The notes beneath the pieces were generated by a model. It did not search any database and had not been told where the DNA came from. It was given only the letters and a program-made list of their open reading frames with translations. 64,000 bases of DNA from Mobula hypostoma (Eukaryota), in NCBI RefSeq assembly GCF_963921235.1, contig NC_086097.1, positions 57,042,001 through 57,106,000 of the forward strand, given 5' to 3'. This document shows, in pieces, positions 38,730 through 49,551 of the stretch; positions within the stretch are counted from its first letter, which is position 1; the number at the start of each line of letters is the position of its first letter. A program made the translations under genes and the position numbers.

Positions 38730-40540
38730 TGATGCGCCTCCATACCCTTCCCTATCCTTTTCCCAGCAGCCTGCTGCCATGACACAAGTGCTAAATACCC
38801 TGGAACATTAGCATAGGAAGCACTCAGCTGATTGGACTTGAGTATTATCAGTAGGATTCAAGCAAAAGTTTCCCACTCTGCCTGGTTAACTTCCAGTTCC
38901 TTTAGCACTGCAAAGCACGAAGTTGAATGTAATTTGGAGATGAGACATGCTTCACTGATGACTACTGTCCACTCTATTACATGAAATGGCACTTTGTGGA
39001 AGACTCTTGGTGATTGAATAAAATGAATGTGACCACCTTCCTCTGAAGACACTCACAGAACAATAACTGCAATTGAAAAATAGCTTTGTTGGTAATGGAA
39101 CCGAGGGAGCCTAGCCCAGTCAGCTCAGTTCATATGTTGGGTTAATAGTTCCAGTTCAGTCTTAGTTGTGGGAGCATTAGCTATCTTGAACTGCCAAAGT
39201 ACACGGTGAGCAGAGTGCCCTATTTTGTGTAATTTGGAAATGGGACAAAATAGATTGTTACAGGAAATTTAGTGTATTGAAAACTGATACTGTAATGAAA
39301 AAGTCTTCCGCTATATTGCTGTTGGATTTTGAGCACAGTTATGCAAATGAGATTTCTTATTTAAGTTTTGTAATGTTTACAGTCATCGGAGAAGTTGGTT
39401 TTCAGTAGACTAATTTCTGTAGCAAGACTATTTTGTCTCTTTTTATATGTAATTGCAGAGTTTTATTTTATTACAAAAAAGTTTCAAATATATCACAACA
39501 ATGAAGTTATTTAACAAAAAATTTCTAGACCTGAAAAGAATTTTGTGTAAAATAAAAAAATGTATTATCTTGCAACTTGTGAAGTATATTTATTCAGACA
39601 AGGCAATGGACATAATACTTGTATTTTTTATGTATTTTTAAAACAAGAAAGAAAGATATTTTCAGACTTGGTTCGGTTTTCCAGGTTTGTTCGCTTTAAT
39701 TTACGAGATGTTACAAACCTTGAATTATAATTTCAGTCATTTCAAAAGCAGGTTCGCTTTCCTGAATTACAAACCTTGTAGAGTCCAGTTGGCTAGCTTT
39801 GTGGTCACACTGCCTAATGGTAAAATGTGTATTATTTGCCCCGTTAAACAAAGTTGGTTGGTCCAACATTTAAGTCTATGCCAAGTTGTCTACTATCTTC
39901 AATTCAATTACAATGTTTGGGAAAAACAAATGTAGCACAACTACTACAAGGAGTGACGGTTACCGTTAGGTGGCTGTGTTGTATTTCCAGATCATGGACA
40001 AGGCCATGGTGTCTCCATTGCATACTTTGTATATATTAACTCTTCCAGAACCATGTATTTAAAGATACAGTTTGCACATATATTGTGTACAGATGTGATT
40101 ATTTTATCAATTTTTATCCACACGTACTGTACATTGTAAGGAATTGGTGTCCCTTCCCAATGTTTAATATACTGTAGAGTAATAGTGTGAATGCTCTAGA
40201 CTGTTTGTATATTATGATACTGTGGTTCAGAACAGCAGTGGGCCTGAGATGGATTGTAATAGTATTCCATAGAACTGCTAACAAATCAATGTCCATTCAT
40301 TTTATGTTTGAGATTTTTTTTGTATTTCTTGACAGCGTGGAGTTGTAGTAGTTATTACAATGGATTTTTTTTTCTTCCACATGTAACGGAAGAGAATAAT
40401 TTGACAATGGCTTAACTTTCTAAAAGCAGAGCATTTTTTTCCTCTCCACTTGCAAAACTGGTGTATTGTAATGTGAAATAAAATGGAGCTCCGTACAGAA
40501 TTTAATAAAGGCCAAGTTTTAAGAAAAAAATTTGAATTTA
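38730..40540 (+). other. ARID4A: ARID4A 3' UTR with candidate polyadenylation signals
   Basis: AT-rich, apparently repeat-free stretch after the stop; AATAAA at 40477 and 40504 followed by T/GT-rich sequence. Confidence 0.55.
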
Positions 40541-42628
40541 TTGTCACGTTTTCTGCATGATCCAATACTTCTTAGCTGAGAGTGGTCTAGCAGTCTGTTT
40601 CCAAAGCCTTCACCTTTTCTACTTTCTCTGATCAGAAATTGTTTTGCAACAATTCAAGTGGCATTTGTTACTCCTCTATTAATAATGAATCAATTGTGAT
40701 CAAGATGAATGTCATTTAGGAGTGTGGCACAAATGAACAATTTGACAACTTTAAAAAGAAAGTAATTCTTATAATTCAAACATTTCCAGTTTCTGTAAGT
40801 TTGTCCAACAGTCATGCCTCATTTACAGTAATGGCAGTTTTTCCTTCCTTGAGTGCAATTTAATCTATCAAACAATAGTAAACCCCCCCCCACCACCCTT
40901 TTCTCCCTCTCTCTCTGTGATCAATATTTAGGCTAATGGTAATTTGGCTTTGACTTGGTGTCCACATACTTTGTAAAATTAAGTATCCTGGATATGACAT
41001 GCAAAATGCTGGAAGAACTCAGCAGGTCAAGCAGCATCTATGGAAAGGAATAAGGAGTTGATGTTTTGGGCAGAGACTCTTCATCAGAACGCATTTTGGA
41101 TATTGCTATGTAAAGTACACACATAAATTTTGTTGAGTTTAGTTCAATACATTTACCAAAAAATTAGAAGCATTGGATATGTATGTGCTGTAGGTTGTTC
41201 TGAGTAATTGTTCCAATTGACATTAAGTACTTTGCTGGAAACATTTTTTTCAATATTTGCAGAGAGATGAAGGTAAGGTAAAGGTTCTAACTGATTCTCA
41301 TAAGTGGGAATTCTTCCAATGATCTCATCCTAACATGAAACACTATTTCGTAATGATGTTTAAAATACTACAGGAGAAAAATAATTTCTCCAGGTTGTTG
41401 CAAAACAACTCCACAATAGATGGTTGCAATTCTGGCTGCAAAAGGAGGAGGGGTTGGGCATGGGGCTAGCAACTGCATCCCAGTGCTACAGAAACACTAA
41501 CAAAAGCTTTAAAGACCACATTCCTGGGAGAGGAAGGATCTTTAATGATGGACTACTCCTGGGGACAATTTGAAAGACTGGTCCAGACAGAAGATTCTGT
41601 CGAACTGCTGTTGGCAGCCTATGTCTAATAGGGCTTCAGATGAAGTTGCAAAACAGTTTTGGGATTAGAGAAACTGATTAAAAGTTATTTTTTTTTAAAC
41701 ACGGAAAGCTGAAAATTATATTGAATTGTAAATTAATGTCAATTATTTTTAAATGAGTGAAATAATGGCTAAATATTTCTTTTAGTCTGCATCAATCACC
41801 TTACTCAAGTATTCATACATTAGATGAGAATGCTGGATGGCTGTGATTCTGAACCCTTTGGAACTTCTGCTATGTTGTATGAATTGTCATCTGGTATTTT
41901 AGTTTCATACTAAGCAGATTATCTTGATTTGTGAATGGGTTAAAAACAGCACCAACTGACTACTAACTCTATAAGTTAAAGTGCACCACTACAAGGCTAT
42001 TTGGCTCTCAGTTCAATCATTTAGGGAGTCCAAGATTATAAATTTTACTTAAAAACAGAAAAAAGGTGTTAAAAGGCTAAGCTTGTGGTCTATTGAACAG
42101 CCATGACTCATCCTTCAGTTTATGGGTGACATCTACAAACTCTGATAGTTCTGCTATAATATGATACAGTACTTGCATTGCTAAGAAATCTCATATTAAA
42201 GAAAATAGCATTATAAAATGGCTATGTCGGTGGGGAAAGTATGATTAGGGTATAGAGAGGTTAAGGTTTGCAATATTAAAAGCTTTTCCCCCTACACGAT
42301 ATTTAAAAAATAAATATTTATAATAGCTGTCAGTTTATTACTGCACATTAAAAAGACTAAAAGACTGAGGGTTGCTTAATAGTTTTATTGCAAAAGTATC
42401 AATAAAAGCAATTACTTGTCAATTTCCAATGGCCTCCCACAGTGAAACTTAGCAGCCCTTATTCTTTAGAGACTGTGTCTAATTACTGCTGAGAGAGCAC
42501 ACATAAACTGTCAAGAAATTCTGCTTGTGATGGAAATTTTGAGCAACACAAATAGGAAATTACAGACCAGTTACCCTGACATCAACAGAAGAGAAATTGC
42601 TATTTTTAATTAATGAATTAGTAACATT

Positions 42629-43242
42629 TGTAATCAGGAGGTCTGAATTGGAGGGGTCGTGACTGTCACGTGACAGCACTGCCCATTTACCTGGCCGAAA
42701 GACATGCCACCTGCCAATCAAGGTTTGACCCCTCCTCGCCCATCAATGCACACCTAACCATTGGCCCCTTTAATTAGCCTTGTACTTGACCTCAGGCAGT
42801 TGGCCTTTGTAATCGGCTTAACTCTGCTGGCACCGAGCCATTGGCTTCCCTGTGAATCACCTGGACTGGACTCATCAGCCCTGCTGCACTATAAAGGAAG
42901 CCACGTGTGCTTGACCTTTTCTCTTTTTTTTTGCTATCTTCGAGTAGGGTTGGGAGTGTGGATATCGACCCTAAGTAGAAGAGCTGTACCCGCACAGAGT
43001 CAAGGGGTGCGGGTATCTTATTGACTTTTCCCTTGGTTGTGTGTGCGTGTGCTTCGTTCCCACGCGATTTTATTAATTGTCCGCGTGTGTTTTATTGCTG
43101 ATCCGACTACTGTGAATTGTGTGTGTGTTGCTTCTGTTGCCACTTTCCCACGTTTGCCTTCTGTAAATAAAATCCTTTACTACCAAGACTGTGTCCAGAG
43201 TCCTCGCCTTTGAGACCTATCGAATCTGTTTCCTCACTTACA
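42629..43242 (+). mobile_element. Probable solo LTR
   Basis: tgtaa...ttaca inverted ends; TATAAA near 42890; AATAAA near 43166; no clean TSD. Confidence 0.6.
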
Positions 43243-43249
43243 ACAGGGT

Positions 43250-44040
43250 CGTATTAAGAGTGAATGATATTTCAATGAATTACAAAGAGATCTTGATCAA
43301 CTGAGAAATGATGCATTATGAACATTCAAACCAGAGTAGGGCATACACAGGGAATGGTTGTCCTATGATGGAAGACCTGGGAGTACAAGTGCAAAGTTTG
43401 CTGAAACTGGCTGTGCAACTAGAGTGGGAAAGAAGACATTTAGTATGTGACCTTCATCAGTGTGCACCGAGTGTAGGAATAAACTAATGGTCCTTATTCT
43501 GCAGGTATACAAGTTGGTGATAATGTACTTAGAGAATTGTATACGGTTTTGGTCGCCCTGTTGTAGGAAACACACTGTCAAGCTGGAAAGTGTGTGGAAG
43601 AGATTTACAGGGATGCTGCTGAGACTAGTGGCATGAGTTATAGGGAAAGGTTGGTCATGCTGGATCTTTATTCCTTGGAGCCTAGAAGAATGAGAGGTGA
43701 CCTCGTAGAAATTTTAAAAATCATGAGGGATATGGATAAGTTGGATAGATGGTCTTTTCCCCAGGGTTGGTGAGTGTAAGCCTAAAGAGCGCAGCTACAA
43801 GAGCGAAGAGATCTAAAATAGACAGGAGAGGTAACCCCTTTGCACAAAAGTGAGTGCCTGGAATGAGCTTCCATTCGTGGAGATAGCTACAATTGCAACA
43901 TCTGAGAGGCATTTGGCTAGGTACGGCGCAGAGAGTTATGGGTTAAATGCGGGCAACAGGGACTGGTATAGATGATGCTGTGGTTGGAATGGACCACTTG
44001 GGCTCTAGGCTCTATTTCCATGTTGTATAGTTCTATGCTG
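43250..44040 (+). mobile_element. Degenerate CR1 LINE 3' fragment
   Basis: RT C-terminal remnants (LYSLE..RMRGDL) and a CR1-type 3' end. Confidence 0.65.
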
Positions 44041-44539
44041 GGGGAACACAGTGGGTCAGATAGCATCTGTGAAGGGAAATGCATAGTTGATGTTTCAGGC
44101 CAAGACCCTTCCTGATGAATTCAAGTCCTAATGAAGGCTGTTGCCCAAAATGTTGACTGTTTCTTTCCCTATATTTGTGTTACCTGGCCTAGTGAGTTTA
44201 TTCAGTGTTTTTTATGTGTTACAGGTAAAGATATTTTAGCAGCAATTTTCCCCCATTAGCTTTTTTAACTGTTTGTCGATTTCCAAAGTAACTCAAGTGA
44301 TTCTCCAGTTGTCCATCGAAATTGCATTATGGCTAATTCGGCCCGCCTAATACAGATAGTGTTGCCAAATGTATCCGTTGCCTTATATCTATTTTACGGT
44401 ATGGAGACACATGTTATAGCAGAATGACATGCATGTAGTTTAACAACATATAACACAGGTTAGACCTGTCTCTGTAAGTTATTCCACTGGCAGGGAAAGG
44501 CAGTGATCTCACACAGCAATGTCCCTATATCACTGTCTG

Positions 44540-47500
44540 ATCAGTAGTGTTAGGGGACTCTAGAGTTAGAGGGTCAGACAGGCGATTCTGTGGACACAGG
44601 AAAGAAAGGCGGATGGTAGTTGGCTTCCCAGGTGCCAGGATCCGGGATGTTTCTGATCGCATCCACGATATCTTGAAGTGGGAAGGAGAACACCCAGAGG
44701 TCATGGTACATATAGGAAGGAAAAGGGAGGAGGTCCTGAAAGCAGACGCCAGGGAGTTAGGCAAGAATTTGAGAAGCAGGACTTCAAAGGTAGTAATTTT
44801 GGGATTACTGCCTGTGCCACATGACAGTAAGTATAGGAATAGATTGAGGTGGAGGATAAATGCGTGGCTGAGGGATTGGAGCAGGAGTCAGGGATTCAGA
44901 TTTCTGGATCATTGGGACCTCTTCTGGGGCAGCTGTGACCCGTACAAAAAGGAGTGGTTGCACTTTAATCTAAGGGGGACCAATGTCCTTGCGGGGAGGT
45001 TTGCAAAGGCTTTTGGGGAGAGTTTAAACTAGAGCTGCTGTGGGGTGGGAACCGAACTGAAGTGATGGAGGAAAGGGAGGTTGGCTCACAAATAGAGCAA
45101 GCTTGGCGACAGTGCGAAAGGGAGGATAAGCAGGTGATAGAGAAGGGACGCACTCAGATTGAAGGTTTGAGATGTGTCTATTTTAATGTGAGGAGTATTA
45201 TGAATAAAGCAGATGAGTTTAAAGTGTGGATCAGCACTTGGAGCTATGATGTTGTAGCCATTACAGAGACTTGGATGGTGCAGGGGCAGGAATGGCTACT
45301 TCAAGTGCCAGGCTTTAGATGTTTCAGAAAGAACAGGGAGGGAGGTAAAAGAGGTGGGGGCATGGCACTGTTGATCAGAGATAGTGTCACGGCTGCAGAA
45401 AAGGAGGAAGTCATGGAGGGGTTGTCTATGAAGTCTCTGTGGGTGGAAGTTAGGAACAGGAAGGGGTCAATAACTCTACTGGGTGTTTTTTATAGACCAC
45501 CCAATAGTAACAGGGACATCAAGGAGCAAATAAGGGAACAGATTCTGGAATGGATTGATAAAAACAGGGTTGTTGTGGGAGATTTTAATTTCCCAAATAT
45601 TGATTGGCACCTCTCTAAAGTGAGGGGTTTAGATGGGTGGAGTTTGTTAGGTGTGTTCTGGAAGGTTCTTGATATAACACGTAGATAAGCCTACAAGAGA
45701 AGTGGCTGTACTTGATCTGGTATTGGGAAATGAACTTGGTCAGGTGTCAGATCTCTCAGTGGGAGAGCATTTTGGAGATAGTGATCACAATTCTACCTCC
45801 TTTACCATAGCATTGGAGAGGGATAGGAACAGACATGTTAGGGAAACATTTAATTGGAGTAAGGGGAAATATGAGGCTATCAGGCAGGAACTTGGTAGCA
45901 TAAATTGGAAACAGATGTTCTCAGGGAAATGTATGTTAGAAATGTGGTAAATGTTCTGGGGATATTTGCGTGGGCTCCTGCGTAGGTACCTTCCAATGAG
46001 ACAGAAAGGATGGTAGGGTACAGGAAGCGTGTACCCTATAAAGGCTGTTGTATATATAGTCAAGAAGAAAAGAAGAGGTTATGAAAGGTTCAAAAAACTA
46101 TTTAATGATAGAGATCTGGAAGGTTATAAGGCTAGCAGGAAGGTGTTTAAGAATGAAATTCGGAGAGCCAGAAGGGGCCTTGAGAAGGCCTTGGCAGACA
46201 GGATTAAGGAAAACCCCAAGGAATTCTACAAGTATGTGAAGAGCAAGAGGATAAGATGTGAGAGAATAGGACCAATCAAATGTGACAGTGGAAAAGTGTG
46301 TATGGAACCGGAGGATATGGAAGAACTACTTGGTGAATGCCTTGCTTCAGTATTCACTACGGAAAAGGATCTTGGTGACTTGCAGTGGACTGAAAAGCTT
46401 GTAGATATTAAGAAAGAGGTTGTGCTGGGGGTTTTGGAAAGCATCAAGTTGGATAAGTCACTGGGACCGGACAGGATGTACCCTAGGCTACTGTGGGAAG
46501 TGAGGGAGGAGGTTGCTGAGCATCTGGCTATGATCTTTGCACCATCAATGAGGACAGGATAGGTTCTGGAGGATTGGAGGGTTGCAGATGTTGTTCCCTT
46601 ATTCAAGAAAGGGAGTAGGGATAGCTCAGGAAATTGCAGACTAGTGAGTCTTACTTCAGTGGTTGGTAAGTTGATGGAGAAGATCCTGAGAGGCAGGATT
46701 TATGAACATTTGGAGAGGCATAATATGATTAGGAATAGTCAGCATGGCTTTGTGAAAGGCAGGTCGTGACTTATGAGCCTGACTGAAATTTTTGAGGATG
46801 CAACTAAACACATTGATGAAGGAAGATCAGTAGATGTATATGGATTTCAGCAAGGCATTTGACAAGGTACCCCATGCAAGGCTTATTGAGAAAGTAAGGA
46901 GGCATGGGATCAAGGGGGACATTGCTTTGTGGATCCAGAAATGGCTTGCCCACAGAAGGCAAAGAGTGGTTGTAGACAAGTCATATTCTGCATGGAGGTC
47001 AGTGACCAATGGTGTGCCTCAGGGATCTGTTCTGGGACCCCTATTCCTCGTGATTTTTATAAATGACCTTGATGAGGAAGTGGAGGGATGGGTTAGTAAA
47101 TTTGCTGATGACACAAAGGTTGGGGGTGTTGTGGATAGTGTGGAGGGCTGTCAGAGGTTACAGTGGAACATTGATAGGATGCAAAACTGCGCTGGGAAGT
47201 GGCAGATGGAGTTCAACCCAGATAAGTGTGAGGTTGTTCATTTTGGTAGGTCAGATATGATGGCAGAATATAGTATTAATGGCAAGACTCTTGGCAGTGT
47301 GGAGGATCAGAGGGATCTTTGGATCCAAGTCAATGGGACACTCAAAGCTGCTATGCAGGTTGACTCTGTGGTTAGGAAGGCATGCCATGCATTGGCCTTC
47401 ATCAATTGTGGGATTGAGTTTAAGAGCCGAGAGGTAATGTTGCAGCTATATAGAACCTTGGTCAGACCACACTTGGAGTACTGTACTCAGTTCTGATTGC

Positions 47501-48572
47501 CTCACCACAGGAAAGATGTGGAAACCATAGAAAGGGTGCAGAGGAGATTTACAAAAATGTTGCCTGGATTGGGGAGCATGCCTTATGAGAATAGGTTGAG
47601 TGAACTCGGCCTTCTCCCCTTGGAGTGACGGAGGATGAGAAGTGACCTGATAGAGGTGTACAAGATGATGAGAGGCATTGATTGTGTGCAGACATCCCAT
47701 CCTGCAAAAACTCATTTCAGGGAGGTAGCACCATCAATTTGTGGGAGACTCCCGGAACTTCCAGGGGAGGTGGAATGTCTGCAATAGACTATCTCCTTAG
47801 TAGCTAGTCAGCCTAATGAACGAATGACACCTGTTAAACTCTCAACATGTCTTTTACAGTCTTAACCCACCATGGGCAATAGAAAAGTCACTGTTGCAAA
47901 CAGCGCAGCGAGCAACACTGTCATTATTTTGACCCCTATTAGGCAGGGGTACACTTTAGTGTAGTCTGGAGTGATGTACATTTTATATTTTCTTTTTTTG
48001 TAACACTCTGCCATGGTGTGCTCTCTCTCTCTCGTGGTCGCTCTCGCTTGCTTTCTCTCTTGCTGTCTCGCTCGCGCTCTCTCGCTTGCTTGTTCTCGCT
48101 CTCTCTTGCACGGGCTCTCTCTCGTGGTTGCTCTCGCGCTCTCAAAAAGATTGATTTCCGGGACATTGTATATAATTTGCTGGCATCAGGGAGCCACTAT
48201 TAATATGCGGGAGACTCCCGGAACTTCCGGGAGAGGTGGGATGTCTGCGCGTGGATAGTCAGAGGCTTTTCCCCAGGGCTGAAATGGCTAGCACAAGAGG
48301 GCATAGTTTTAAGGTGCCTGGAAGTAGGTACATAGGGGTTGTCGGGGTAAATTTTTTACACAGAGAATGGTGAGTATGTGGAATGGGGTGCCGGCGGCGG
48401 CGGAAACGATAGGGTTTTTTAGAGACTCCTGGAAGGATACATGGAGCTTCGTCAAATAGAGGGCTATGGGTAAGCCTAGGTGATTCTAAGGTAGGGACAT
48501 ATTCGACACAGCTTTGTGGGCCGAGGGGCTTGTATTGTACTGTAGGTTTTCTGAATTTCTATATCGTGTGCA
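44540..48572 (+). mobile_element. CR1 LINE (SGNH esterase ORF1 end, APE, RT), decayed, with a MITE insert
   Basis: GDSRVRG...FPGARIRDV; YFNVRSI, AITETW, YRPPN, GDFN; DFSKAFDKVPH, GVPQGSVLGP, FADDTK. Confidence 0.9.
47689..48247. mobile_element. CAGACATCCCA-terminus MITE (same family as 21301-22261)
   Basis: TIRs cagacatccca / tgggatgtctg; gggagactcccggaacttcc subterminal motifs; interrupts CR1 with tgtgtg/cgcgtg flanks. Confidence 0.8.
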
Positions 48573-48619
48573 GAGAATTCTTAGTACGGGCGAGTCAGAT
48601 AGAAAGCGAAGGAAGATTC

Positions 48620-48790
48620 ACAAGGGAGGATTCGCGCCGCGCGCTTCTTCCAGTCATAAAGATGGCGGCGGCCAAACTCTCACGCCGACTGAGGGCAGAG
48701 GGCAGCTGGGGTGAGGTTGACGTCCGCCCGGTTACACTTCCGGGCCGGCTACGGGGGTGGTGTCGAAACCGACAGCGGGTCGGAATGCTG
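48620..48790 (+). promoter_or_regulatory. CpG-rich promoter/5' region of the TOMM20-like gene with YY1 and ETS/GABP motifs
   Basis: AAGATGGCGGC (YY1 consensus) at 48659-48669; ACTTCCGG at 48736-48743; local CpG enrichment. Confidence 0.65.
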
Positions 48791-48911
48791 CAGGTTGGGA
48801 GGACGGGGGTAATCGTGGCCGGAGTCTTTGGGGCTGCATTCATCGGTTACTGCATATATTTTGACAGGAAAAGAAGAAGAGCCCCTGATTTCAGAGTAAA
48901 ATTGCGCGAAA
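48785..48911 (+). CDS. TOMM20L: TOMM20-family (TOMM20L-position) mitochondrial import receptor, coding exon 1; later exons not identified in the window
   Basis: MLQVGRTGVIVAGVFGAAFIGYCIYFDRKRRRAPDFRVKLRE is the TOM20 signal anchor; A|gtaagt donor; lies downstream of ARID4A on the same strand. The paralog name rests on synteny. Confidence 0.85.
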
Positions 48912-49551
48912 GTAAGTGTTGCTCCGCCCACTGTTACCAGCGACAACTTGGTATTACCATTTAATGGTGGCGGCCGGGACGTGTGGGAGAAGCCCCGGCG
49001 GCATTTCTCAAACTTGTTCTGGTTTCGGCGAAGTAGCAAGATTCTGGGAGAGTAGTGTCAGAGATAAATGCTGGAAATCCGATATCTGCTGGAAGCAGTA
49101 AGTAGGTCAGGGAGAATCCTGGTAAACAGTTAATGCTTCAGGTGGAAGGGAACAGGCTGTTTCCAGCATTTTCCATTATATTTATAGCAGCGTACAACTA
49201 TTTTATAAAGTAAATTATGTACCCGATTCAGGATTGAAATAAGCGCGTTTTGCATCAGCATCTACTTTTTATCGTAAATTTTGGCTAATTCTAAAACATA
49301 CTGTCAGAATTTATTCAATGTAGAATAATTGGATCGGTAGGAAATAGAGGTTATTGCATGAGGATTCACAGGTCAAGGACTGATGCAGCTTGATTAGCTT
49401 TGGAAGTTTATACAAGTGTACCGAAATACAAGAAAATATATGAACTGCAAGCTTCTGTTCAATTATCCATAGAACTTGGAGGAGTTGTAGGTGATGCAGC
49501 ACAGCTAAAGAAAAGTCCCCGGAGGTGCATATTCAGGAGACCTACCAGGAT

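Noticed and set aside
48020..48143. (CT/CG)-rich repeat giving an RE-rich ORF resembling the RBM25 RE domain
   Set aside because: Simple repeat inside the MITE, with no RBM25-specific sequence.
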